Positions 9,073-16,848 of a stretch of DNA of 32,645 nucleotides are shown in pieces. Made by a program: the position numbers and the translations under genes. The stretch is from the IMG/VR virus record IMGVR_UViG_3300020045_004057, positions 1-32,645 of that record; one strand, given 5' to 3'. The notes under the pieces were generated by a model. It made no database searches. It was not told the origin of the DNA and saw only the letters and a list, made by a program, of their open reading frames with translations. Numbering within the stretch: the stretch's first letter is position 1; each line of letters starts with the position of its first letter. The stretch comes from a virus (lineage: Duplodnaviria > Caudoviricetes).

Positions 9073-10304
9073 TGAATTTGTTATTAGGTCGTTCTAGATT
9101 AGGCAGACACATTCTTGCTGGTAAAATAAATAAAGCCGCTACCGTAATTGTGGATTACCCACAGACGGATAGCGGTTTTGTTATTAGTTTTTATGATGCC
9201 CTCGGTATTCGAACTGGTCAAATTAGTAGCGAAATACTAACGAGTCCTCTTGCGTCGCTAGAATTTGAAATAACCTCTACAGGGTGTGGGGCATTTACGC
9301 TGACTTTAGATAAAAAAAATGCTATAAGCATCGCCTATAACCAACGGATTGATATAAGCCTGTTTGGTCATGCTATCCCTTGGTATAGCGGTTATGTGAT
9401 AAAAAAACCACAATTAGGTAATACAGATGATTTGAATGTTTACTCAGGATTCGGATTTTTTAATCAGCTTGACGATGTGATTATTAGTAAAACTTATGAG
9501 AATGAAGAAATTTCCAGCATTGTTAATAGCATGATGACTACGGATATTGAATCTAAAACTGATGTAGTTTATAACAGTGGTAAAATATATGCTACTGACT
9601 ACACAGCAACGAAACTTGCATTTGATTATATAAAAGCTAAAGAGTCTATCAAGACTCTAGCAGAATTTGCGACTGATTATATTTACGGTGTAGACGAATA
9701 TCGAGAACTGTTTTTCAAGCCAATAAATATTGAAATCAATGAAAATAGTCGCTTTTGGGTGAGTTATCATGTACAAGATTTCAAGCCAGAAGAAGATACG
9801 AGTACCATCGTTAATTTCTTTTATGTTAAAGGTGGTAGTTTAAGTGGCGAAGGAAGTAATTTATACTCTGATGGTAGTGGGAATCCAATACCATTTTATA
9901 ATCAGCAGAGTATTGATGAATACGGGCGCAAAGAAGACGTATTATCTGTACCAAGTGCCATGTCTGATGTCGATACACAGCGATGGGGTAACGCCGAATT
10001 AGCCCGTAAAAAAATACCGCAAAAATCAGCTAAGGTAGATAAATTTATTAAAGAAATTGCACAGAGAAATATTAGACCAGAGGGCTTGGCTCAAATTACC
10101 ACGGAGGACGGTCTATATACCTATCAATATCCAATTAAGTCAGTAAAGTACAAGTTAAGCAGTAATGGCATCCAATTTAGTATGCAACTTGGCGAATATT
10201 CCAATCGGCTTGACAAATATATAGCCAAACTATACCGTGATGCAAAAAATGCGGAATTCGCTCAATCTTTAAATAATAAGCAATTAAGTGGGGTGACTCC
10301 ATAA
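9072..10304 (+). CDS. Tail hub / baseplate protein (Tal-like)
   Basis: Follows Dit; GCGAFTL and QQSIDEYGRKE motifs; RBS GAGGTGG before ATG 9072. Confidence 0.7.
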   Translation: MNLLLGRSRLGRHILAGKINKAATVIVDYPQTDSGFVISFYDALGIRTGQISSEILTSPLASLEFEITSTGCGAFTLTLDKKNAISIAYNQRIDISLFGHAIPWYSGYVIKKPQLGNTDDLNVYSGFGFFNQLDDVIISKTYENEEISSIVNSMMTTDIESKTDVVYNSGKIYATDYTATKLAFDYIKAKESIKTLAEFATDYIYGVDEYRELFFKPINIEINENSRFWVSYHVQDFKPEEDTSTIVNFFYVKGGSLSGEGSNLYSDGSGNPIPFYNQQSIDEYGRKEDVLSVPSAMSDVDTQRWGNAELARKKIPQKSAKVDKFIKEIAQRNIRPEGLAQITTEDGLYTYQYPIKSVKYKLSSNGIQFSMQLGEYSNRLDKYIAKLYRDAKNAEFAQSLNNKQLSGVTP

Positions 10305-11203
10305 TGCCAGTAGATTACAGGTATAATCCATTTACAAATACTAAACAGCCAATGACGATTACGGGCGAAAGATTGACTGTGCCATTGGTGAGCCCATTCG
10401 TTATTAGATTGGCTGAAGTTCCATTAAAAGAAGTTCCTTCCACGCTAACAATGCGCGTTGTCGATATTCTAGCGACTGCAATTACTACTACAGGGCAGAC
10501 GACGGCAACTGTTGCTAATCCAACATGGTTTACAATTGGACGGACAATAACAATTGATAGCGAGAAGATGCTAATATCTAATATTGTTGGGGCTGTATTG
10601 ACTGTTGTAAGGGCTCAACAAAGTACGGTTGCCGCTACTCACGTAATTTCATCTGACGTATTTATTGAGTCATCTGTGTCAGAGGTTGCTGCCACGCCCA
10701 ATACTGGGCAATATTGGCCTGATTATTCCACAAATGCCGATGGTGACACGGGGTGGAATACTGGAACTATTTTATTTAATAGTACAGATGCTGGTAAAAA
10801 AATAGCAGTAAATTATAAGGGTATGGGCAGTCTAGCGGATAGCCGAATAATACCTACTGGCGCAATTATGCTGTGGAGTGGTTCATCTGCTGCGATTCCA
10901 GCAACGTGGCAATTGTGTGATGGTACAAAAGGGACTCCTAATTTAGTAAATCGTTTTGTGGTTGGGGCAGGTGGAACTTATGCTGTTAATACAACAGGTG
11001 GTGAAGCTACTCATATATTAACTACTGCAGAAATGCCTTCACATACTCACACAGGTACAACCAGAGGTGCTATGGGTGCTATAAGCAGTGGTGCTACCGA
11101 TTATCCTGCTAGTGCATCGACTGTAACAGGTGCAACGGGTGGTGGCAGTGCCCATAATAATTTACCGCCATATTTCGCGTTATGTTATATTATAAAATTA
11201 TAG
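10304..11203 (+). CDS. Tail fibre / receptor-binding protein with tail-collar domain
   Basis: IPTGAIMLWSG..IPATWQLCDG..TPNL..RFVVG and HNNLPPYFALCYIIKL collar/tip motifs. Confidence 0.88.
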   Translation: MPVDYRYNPFTNTKQPMTITGERLTVPLVSPFVIRLAEVPLKEVPSTLTMRVVDILATAITTTGQTTATVANPTWFTIGRTITIDSEKMLISNIVGAVLTVVRAQQSTVAATHVISSDVFIESSVSEVAATPNTGQYWPDYSTNADGDTGWNTGTILFNSTDAGKKIAVNYKGMGSLADSRIIPTGAIMLWSGSSAAIPATWQLCDGTKGTPNLVNRFVVGAGGTYAVNTTGGEATHILTTAEMPSHTHTGTTRGAMGAISSGATDYPASASTVTGATGGGSAHNNLPPYFALCYIIKL

Positions 11204-11214
11204 GAGAGATTAAA

Positions 11215-11691
11215 ATGAAACTTTTTAAGCATCATCCTGATGGCAGTATTTTAATTGTAAATGATGAAAAAAAATATGAAGATGTTATAGAAAACTTTAT
11301 TATCGATTTAGGCGAAGAATACCATCTTCCATGCGGACAAATACTTAGGTCATATCAACCTGATATTCAAAATTATACTTCTGATGGAAACAACCAAATA
11401 TTTCTTGATAATATTTGGTATAAAGGAGACGAATATATTTTATCGATAGATAATCTTAATCAAGCAAAAGCGATCAGAAACATTCCAACGCCACTAATTC
11501 CGCTTACCAAGGCGCAAAAACTCACTATATTAAAAGCAGAGTACGATCCGCAAATACTATCAATTCAAACTCAAATAGCAATTGCAGTATCGACAACAAA
11601 AAACACCACAACCGAAACGGCATGGAGAAATTCACTTACAGCAATTCAAGCAGAGTTTACAACAAAAAGGGGTGCTATTCTAAATGGATAA
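11215..11691 (+). CDS. Probable tail fibre assembly/chaperone protein
   Basis: AGGAG RBS before ATG 11215; follows the fibre gene; Pro-rich linker then helical C-terminus. Confidence 0.55.
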   Translation: MKLFKHHPDGSILIVNDEKKYEDVIENFIIDLGEEYHLPCGQILRSYQPDIQNYTSDGNNQIFLDNIWYKGDEYILSIDNLNQAKAIRNIPTPLIPLTKAQKLTILKAEYDPQILSIQTQIAIAVSTTKNTTTETAWRNSLTAIQAEFTTKRGAILNG

Positions 11692-11848
11692 TATTACGAT
11701 ACAAACAAATTCTATAAATGTTGTTTTGCCAAGATGTTGCATTTGGGACGGTACTAAAATGCTATTAGATATTGACGGTAGTATTACAGGTTGGGGATTC
11801 ACTGTATGGTACTGCCCATTATGTGGCGATGCATATCCTGCTGAATAA
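11684..11848 (+). CDS. Small zinc-ribbon-like protein (54 aa, not in ORF track)
   Basis: AAGGGGTG RBS; MDNITIQ...PRCCIWDG...WYCPLCGDAYPAE. Confidence 0.6.
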   Translation: MDNITIQTNSINVVLPRCCIWDGTKMLLDIDGSITGWGFTVWYCPLCGDAYPAE

Positions 11849-11861
11849 ATTTTAAGCGCAG

Positions 11862-11885
11862 GAGCCGAGGGGCTCTATTTTTATT
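11862..11885 (+). terminator. Weak terminator/hairpin between the tail and lysis modules
   Basis: GAGCC-GAGG-GGCTC-TATTTTT. Confidence 0.5.
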
Positions 11886-11897
11886 GGGGGTGGTGAC

Positions 11898-12176
11898 TTG
11901 GATCAAGCAACACTATCAGAGTTGTTTAATAAAATAAATGCAATTGCTGTCAATGTGGCTACTTTAACCGCAAAGTCTGAAGCTAAAGAAACTAGGTGCG
12001 ATGATCATCAAAAAAAAATGGATGATCACGACTTAAGAATCAGGGCGTTGGAATTAGTTGCATCTAGCGTGGCAGGATCAGACGTTGCTAGTCATAATTG
12101 GAGAGATACACTGATTAACGCTTTTACAATGGCGGCCACGATTGCGGCAACTGTATTTGCCATGAGGTCGGCATGA
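11898..12176 (+). CDS. XhlA/hemolysin-like membrane protein of the lysis cassette
   Basis: Coiled coil with DHDLRIRALE, then a C-terminal hydrophobic segment; first gene of the cassette. Confidence 0.6.
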   Translation: MDQATLSELFNKINAIAVNVATLTAKSEAKETRCDDHQKKMDDHDLRIRALELVASSVAGSDVASHNWRDTLINAFTMAATIAATVFAMRSA

Positions 12177-12406
12177 TGGATAAAATTAAATCAAACTTAA
12201 TAGAGATATTCGCAAGCATGTTTTTCCTATTGTTCATCTTTTGGGCAATAGGTTATTTTTTTAATGCGTTCTCTATTTGGGGTGCAAAATTTGAATTGGA
12301 ATCTTGTTGGGGCGGCTTTGCTGCCCTCTCAGGGTCGGGGACATTAGCGGCAGTGAAATATATCTACGACTCAATTTATAATTCAAATAAGGGGGAAAAA
12401 CCATGA
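12173..12406 (+). CDS. Holin
   Basis: 77 aa, two hydrophobic segments, charged C-tail (DSIYNSNKGEKP); upstream of the endolysin. Confidence 0.7.
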   Translation: MMDKIKSNLIEIFASMFFLLFIFWAIGYFFNAFSIWGAKFELESCWGGFAALSGSGTLAAVKYIYDSIYNSNKGEKP

Positions 12407-12513
12407 GCGGAAACGCGCCACCAAAAGGCTATGAATGGATTTTAATTATATTGATGGGTATTTACTACACAGTAAAAAATATGGTTATTAAATTATTTGG
12501 AGGTAGATCGTAA
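12403..12513 (+). CDS. 36-aa single-TM peptide (not in ORF track)
   Basis: AAGGGGG RBS; ATGA and TAATG overlaps on both sides; MSGNAPPKGYEWILIILMGIYYTVKNMVIKLFGGRS. Confidence 0.6.
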   Translation: MSGNAPPKGYEWILIILMGIYYTVKNMVIKLFGGRS

Positions 12514-13043
12514 TGAAATCATGTATTAATGGCGGACATTGCCCAGGAAAAGACTCAGGCGCAGTAGGTCCAACTGGTCTACAAGAAGCGGACGTAACCA
12601 GCGAGATCATGCAAAAGGTAATGTATTACTTGCAACAGGCGGGGTATTATAACGTGCTCATGGTCCAAGAGAATGAGCTCTATCAAATAACTAATGCCAG
12701 TAATGCGTTCGGTGCTGATGTCTTTGTAAGTATCCATTGCAATGGCGTTGAAAACCGATCTGCCCACGGCACTGAAACATTTTGTTATCGATTCGGCGGC
12801 GATTCGGAGCGATTAGCAAATTGTATCCAAAATCAGATTATCGCATCGATGGGCCTTGGTGATCGCGGAATCAAAGAGGGTAATTTTGCTGTGCTCAGGG
12901 ATACCGACTGTCCAGCAGTATTGGTGGAACTGGCGTTTATCAGTAACGTGGAAGAAGAAGCCATGCTAGCTGATCCAGTAATGCAAGATAAATTCGCGGC
13001 GGCAATTGCTCGAGGGATTACGGATTATCATAATGGCATCTAA
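12513..13043 (+). CDS. Endolysin, N-acetylmuramoyl-L-alanine amidase (Amidase_3), catalytic domain only
   Basis: GH..D.GA, LQE, FVSIHCN, GTETF, PAVLVELAFISN zinc/catalytic motifs. Confidence 0.93.
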   Translation: MKSCINGGHCPGKDSGAVGPTGLQEADVTSEIMQKVMYYLQQAGYYNVLMVQENELYQITNASNAFGADVFVSIHCNGVENRSAHGTETFCYRFGGDSERLANCIQNQIIASMGLGDRGIKEGNFAVLRDTDCPAVLVELAFISNVEEEAMLADPVMQDKFAAAIARGITDYHNGI

Positions 13044-13185
13044 CCTGGTCGAAAATCACTTGCAAGGCATCGTAGACAAAGATAAAAATCACCACATGTC
13101 AAAACGTCCTGGTGATAAATTAATTATCGATGGCGTTATGGGCGGGTGGCATGCCGAGATCGCTAAAAAGAAGAAAGAGGTATAA
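13033..13185 (+). CDS. 50-aa hypothetical protein (not in ORF track)
   Basis: ATG 13033 overlapping the amidase end; MASNLVENHLQGIVDKDKNHHMSKRPGDKLIIDGVMGGWHAEIAKKKKEV fills the gap. Confidence 0.45.
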   Translation: MASNLVENHLQGIVDKDKNHHMSKRPGDKLIIDGVMGGWHAEIAKKKKEV

Positions 13186-13188
13186 ATA

Positions 13189-13629
13189 ATGCTTGATAAA
13201 GCAAAGGAGTTTTTAGTTAATGGGAAAAAGAATATTATCATTGCTGTTATTGTGCTTATTGTTGGTATTGCCTGTTGGTTTATGTTCAGCGGGGGAATAC
13301 CAACTGACGGAGGAGCAATTAACCAAGTTCGAGCAGAACTTGAATCAGCTAGAACAGAACTTGATGTTGCAAACGGAAAGCTCGCAGAAAGCAACGCAAT
13401 TGCTGATGATCTCAGACGAACGAACAATGATATTAGAGCAGAAGTTACAGAGCTCTCAAGAGAGAATAGTGAAGCTAGAGAACTTGTTAGTTCGATCAGA
13501 CAAACAAATAGAGAACTTACAGAACAAATTAATAGAGGCTCAGACCTCAATAGTGAAAACCTCAAACTCGTTAGAGAAAGCCAACGAGGATTTAAAACTG
13601 TACGAGAAACAAGTAAAGTCAGAAATTAG
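13189..13629 (+). CDS. Inner-membrane-spanin-like protein (N-terminal TM plus coiled coil)
   Basis: GAGG RBS; IIIAVIVLIVGIACWFMF TM, Gly linker, long heptad coiled coil; downstream of the endolysin. Confidence 0.65.
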   Translation: MLDKAKEFLVNGKKNIIIAVIVLIVGIACWFMFSGGIPTDGGAINQVRAELESARTELDVANGKLAESNAIADDLRRTNNDIRAEVTELSRENSEARELVSSIRQTNRELTEQINRGSDLNSENLKLVRESQRGFKTVRETSKVRN

Positions 13630-13690
13630 AAAACTTACCTGGCAGCGCAATTTACTGATAATCGGCCTGGGATACATGGTGACAAAATGA
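13220..13690 (+). CDS. Overlapping (+1 frame) secreted coiled-coil protein, putative second spanin component
   Basis: Own AAGGAG RBS 13204-13209; signal peptide MGKRILSLLLLCLLLVLPVGLCSA; coiled coil; hydrophobic C-tail; ATGA-coupled to the next gene. Confidence 0.65.
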   Translation: MGKRILSLLLLCLLLVLPVGLCSAGEYQLTEEQLTKFEQNLNQLEQNLMLQTESSQKATQLLMISDERTMILEQKLQSSQERIVKLENLLVRSDKQIENLQNKLIEAQTSIVKTSNSLEKANEDLKLYEKQVKSEIRKLTWQRNLLIIGLGYMVTK

Positions 13691-13956
13691 TTATTAATGG
13701 CATTGAAACAACCGTCACAGGTGCAATCTCAGAGCAAGAACTAACGATCTATCTCAACCGATTACAGGCTAAACAAAAGTTTAAAATCATCAAGGCCGAC
13801 ATTGTTGTTGATGGTGAGTTTATCGATGTTAATTATAGTTTTGGTCCAATACCATTTGACCGCATACGCCGTATAACTGGATATCTTGTCGGCACTACTG
13901 ATCGATTTTGTGATAGCAAACGGGCGGAGGAACATGATCGCGTTAAGCACGGATAA
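13687..13956 (+). CDS. Stand-alone class III ribonucleotide reductase (NrdD) C-terminal glycyl-radical domain protein
   Basis: RIRRITGYL glycyl-radical loop followed by F..SKRAEEHDRVKH, the typical NrdD C-terminus; only 89 aa. Confidence 0.8.
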   Translation: MIINGIETTVTGAISEQELTIYLNRLQAKQKFKIIKADIVVDGEFIDVNYSFGPIPFDRIRRITGYLVGTTDRFCDSKRAEEHDRVKHG

Positions 13957-13960
13957 AGTT

Positions 13961-14005
13961 AAAGCCACTATCGAGCGTAATTGCTTGGTAGTGGCTTTTT
14001 TATTT
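13961..14005 (+). terminator. Strong terminator ending the late/lysis operon
   Basis: AAAGCCACTATCGAGCG-TAAT-TGCTTGGTAGTGGCTTT followed by a T-tract. Confidence 0.85.
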
Positions 14006-14057
14006 AGAATAAAAGTGGTATAATAAGTAATAAAGTTAAATGAACGGATGGTGCTAT

Positions 14058-14288
14058 ATGGGTAAATACGCATACACAGCAGACCAAGCAATCGAATTGT
14101 TAAAAACAAACGGCATGAAATTAACAAGCGTTGAAGTTATGGACGTTATTGCGTTAATACAAAAACTAAGTTATGAGGTTGACTGTTTGAAATTTGATAA
14201 AAGCGACTTAGATAAAAATGTTAATAATAAGCCAATAACTACCGAACAGTGGAACGAAGCGTGCGCCGGAGCTGGATTTAGAAAGTAA
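14058..14288 (+). CDS. Hypothetical protein, monocistronic moron
   Basis: Extended -10 TGgTATAAT at 14016-14024; GGATGGTG RBS; own terminator. Confidence 0.7.
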   Translation: MGKYAYTADQAIELLKTNGMKLTSVEVMDVIALIQKLSYEVDCLKFDKSDLDKNVNNKPITTEQWNEACAGAGFRK

Positions 14289-14306
14289 ATAACAATAGAT
14301 CATTTT

Positions 14307-14350
14307 AAAAGCCCGTCAGTCCTTAATTGGATTGGCGGGCTTTTTTATTT
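14307..14350 (+). terminator. Rho-independent (probably bidirectional) terminator
   Basis: AAAA-GCCCGTCAGTCC-TTAATT-GGATTGGCGGGC-TTTTTT. Confidence 0.85.
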
Positions 14351-14386
14351 GTCTAAAAATAAATATTAAATATATTGCAAATAACT

Positions 14387-14426
14387 ATATTTGATAGTTG
14401 ACGTTATAAATCAAATATGATATAAT
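14387..14426 (+). promoter_or_regulatory. Near-consensus sigma-A promoter with an inverted-repeat operator
   Basis: TTGACG(14398)-17-TATAAT(14421) with extended TG; ATATTTGAT(14387-95)/ATCAAATAT(14410-18) inverted repeat flanks the -35. Confidence 0.8.
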
Positions 14427-14457
14427 AAAGACAAGATAAAGAAAGGAAGTGCGCAAC

Positions 14458-14781
14458 ATGAACAAACGCGAAATGATGGTACAAGCTCACAAATTAGCTA
14501 AACAAATGGTGGGTAACTACTCAGCTAGATTATCATTAGCGTTGACTCAGTTGTGGGCTTCACTTAAAAAAGGAGTGGCAATCGTGATTGATAAAAAAGC
14601 AAAAATCAACTCAATCGAAATCGCAATGACTCATGTAAGTGATAACGTTAAAGTAGCAAAAAGCCAAATTAAAATGATTGAATGTCTTATCGGATGCGGT
14701 TTAGGGGTTTCAATTAACGAAATCGAAATGATAGCTTATGATATGGGATATTCAGCTACTAAAAAAGCAATGTCTTACTAA
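14458..14781 (+). CDS. Hypothetical accessory protein
   Basis: AAAGGAAG RBS; N-terminal AHKLAK..Y.ARLSLAL..LW module; possible internal in-frame start GTG 14584 with AGGAG. Confidence 0.75.
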   Translation: MNKREMMVQAHKLAKQMVGNYSARLSLALTQLWASLKKGVAIVIDKKAKINSIEIAMTHVSDNVKVAKSQIKMIECLIGCGLGVSINEIEMIAYDMGYSATKKAMSY

Positions 14782-14823
14782 AAAAGTATAGCCAGGTGGG
14801 GCTTAATCCACCGAAAGAGGTTA

Positions 14824-15306
14824 ATGATGATTAAAGTAACTCGTACTAATGTAGATGTTAAGGTTGAGTATATTAGCGACTACAATCAATCTGAAGGTGT
14901 TGCAACCGCGTTTTGTAAGAGTGTTGATGATGCTAAAGCATTGGTTTCCACTATCAAGCAAGCAATCAAGCTAGATTATGGATTCGCTAAATGCCGAGCA
15001 ATATTAGAGGGTGATACTCTTTTTAGTCACGGCGGCAAACGTCCAGGATCAGGTCGCCCAGCAACAGATCGCAGTCCGATCACACGCCAGGTAACAGAAT
15101 TAGAAAAACAGGCGGTAGATAATTTGTTGAAAAACTTAAGGAAAGTAAGCCCTATGGACTTAAAAACAATATTAGACCTCTACGATCAAGGCAATGCTAC
15201 TCTGCTTGATATTGGCCTTGCACTCGCAGATGGTGCAGGGATCGGCAACTCTGAGCAATTACAGAGGGCTATGGAGATTATTGATAGGGATTGTAAGAAT
15301 AGATAG
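14824..15306 (+). CDS. Hypothetical protein with HGGKRPGSGRP (AT-hook-like) DNA-binding motif
   Basis: AAGAGG RBS; GG-x-R-x-G-x-GR motif followed by a short helix. Confidence 0.7.
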   Translation: MMIKVTRTNVDVKVEYISDYNQSEGVATAFCKSVDDAKALVSTIKQAIKLDYGFAKCRAILEGDTLFSHGGKRPGSGRPATDRSPITRQVTELEKQAVDNLLKNLRKVSPMDLKTILDLYDQGNATLLDIGLALADGAGIGNSEQLQRAMEIIDRDCKNR

Positions 15307-15341
15307 CCGTTTTAAAATCTTATAAAGGAGGAGTGGCAGCA

Positions 15342-16499
15342 ATGGCAAAAAGACAATCTAACGGCGATGGCACTCGCGCAAAGCAGATGCCTGATGGACG
15401 TTGGCGTATTGATATGACTATCTCTGATGATGGAGAGAACAAGGGGCGCAAGAGTTTATATGGAAAGACTGAGCCTGAGGTAATAGCAAAGCGGGACAGT
15501 CTTAAAAAAGAAATGGAAAATGGTTGCTTAGTTAGCTCACAGGCTGATAAACTAGCATTAGGAACATGGCTTGATGAATGGTTAGAAGTTTATAAAAAAG
15601 GTAAAATCGGCAGCAATACATATGTTAATTATAGAAATGCTATTAAAATACAAATAAACGATAAATTGCGCAATATGAAATTGAAGAAAATCAGACACGA
15701 TACACTGCAAAAAGCTATCAATGAATTAGGTAAGGAATACAGCGGCGGCACTTGTAGTATTGTAAGGGTTGTGCTACAACAAGCTTTTAATATGGCAACT
15801 AAAAACAAATACATTATTAGCAATCCCGCCATTGGATTAACTGTACCGCCAACCATTAAAAAAGAAGTAGCTCCACTTACAAATAAAGAAGTAAATATAT
15901 TATTAGCTGACCGTAAAAATACAAGAAGCTATTTATATTATGTTCTATCGGTGTATACTGGTGCCAGGATAGGTGAAGTATTAGGTCTGAGTTGGAATGA
16001 TATAGACCTAAAAAACAACATTATTCACATTCGTCATAGCTTGAAACTTAATAAAATCACCAACAAGTATGAAATCGGCCCAACTAAGACAGGAAAATGT
16101 AGAGACGTACCCATATTGCCTAAAATAATCAATGCTATAAAGCAACACAAAGGAAAACAGGCAGAAGAAAAGCTTAAAATAGGGCAGACGTACAATGTTA
16201 ATAATATGGTTTTTTGTGATAATGTTGGCGATCATTTAAAGATAAAAACCATGAGCGATGAAATGAAAAAAACTGTAAAATTATTAGAATTAAATCCTGA
16301 TACTACGCCGCATACACTAAGGCATACTTTTGTTAGTCAATTAATAAGCGCGGGCAACGCCAGCATAACATTAATATCGAAAATTGTAGGACATGCTAAC
16401 ATAACGGTCACGCTTAATACCTATAGTCATTTAATGCCCAATGATATGAAAGGGGCTTTTGAAGCACTTGAAAAACACTTAGAAAAGGTCATTATTTAG
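15342..16499 (+). CDS. int: Tyrosine recombinase (phage integrase)
   Basis: YTGARIGE (R), K, HTLRH (H-x-x-R), GH, TYSH (Y); N-terminal arm-binding and SAM-like domains; AAGGAGG RBS. Confidence 0.95.
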   Translation: MAKRQSNGDGTRAKQMPDGRWRIDMTISDDGENKGRKSLYGKTEPEVIAKRDSLKKEMENGCLVSSQADKLALGTWLDEWLEVYKKGKIGSNTYVNYRNAIKIQINDKLRNMKLKKIRHDTLQKAINELGKEYSGGTCSIVRVVLQQAFNMATKNKYIISNPAIGLTVPPTIKKEVAPLTNKEVNILLADRKNTRSYLYYVLSVYTGARIGEVLGLSWNDIDLKNNIIHIRHSLKLNKITNKYEIGPTKTGKCRDVPILPKIINAIKQHKGKQAEEKLKIGQTYNVNNMVFCDNVGDHLKIKTMSDEMKKTVKLLELNPDTTPHTLRHTFVSQLISAGNASITLISKIVGHANITVTLNTYSHLMPNDMKGAFEALEKHLEKVII

Positions 16500-16508
16500 C
16501 CGATAAAT

Positions 16509-16748
16509 TACCGCAATTAATACCGCAATTGGCGTTAATAATCGTTGTTTTTAAAAAACGTAGATGAACGTAAACGCGGTAAAATCAATGCTAGATACAA
16601 ATTAAATAGCTATTTATACGCTTTTTTACTATACTTTATAGTATTCTAGTAACATGTAAAAAGGTGACACGAATAGCTGTAAACTATGGATTTCTTTATT
16701 GAAATTCAGTAATTATTTTATGTAAATACCACAAATAATACCGCAGTT
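16509..16748. other. attP-like site with integrase arm-type repeats
   Basis: TACCGCAATT x2 (16509, 16521), inverted copy TACCGCGTTT (16572-81), TACCACAAAT (16727) and TACCGCAGTT (16739) flanking an AT-rich core. Confidence 0.75.
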
Positions 16749-16804
16749 AGGTTTTTTTAAGCAAAGATTTTAATAGTTATCGTTGTTATAACTCGTTGCA
16801 ACAT

Positions 16805-16848
16805 AAAAAAAGAGCCTACCAATTAATTATTTTTGGCTAGGTTCTTTT
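16805..16848. terminator. Bidirectional terminator-like hairpin
   Basis: AAAAGAGCCTACCAA...TTGGCTAGGTTCTTTT with A- and T-tracts. Confidence 0.55.

Noticed and set aside
10304-11691. Diversity-generating retroelement or invertible tail-fibre cassette
   Set aside because: No reverse transcriptase, template/variable repeat pair, invertase or duplicate fibre tip seen
13089-13565. 158-aa minus-strand ORF under the spanin-like pair
   Set aside because: Ser/Leu-rich antisense shadow of two coiled-coil frames; no convincing RBS or promoter
13762-14127. 121-aa minus-strand ORF
   Set aside because: Spans a terminator, a promoter and two better-supported plus-strand genes
16590-16720. tRNA/tmRNA fragment as the att core
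   Set aside because: No T-arm (GGTTCGA) or CCA acceptor pattern visible
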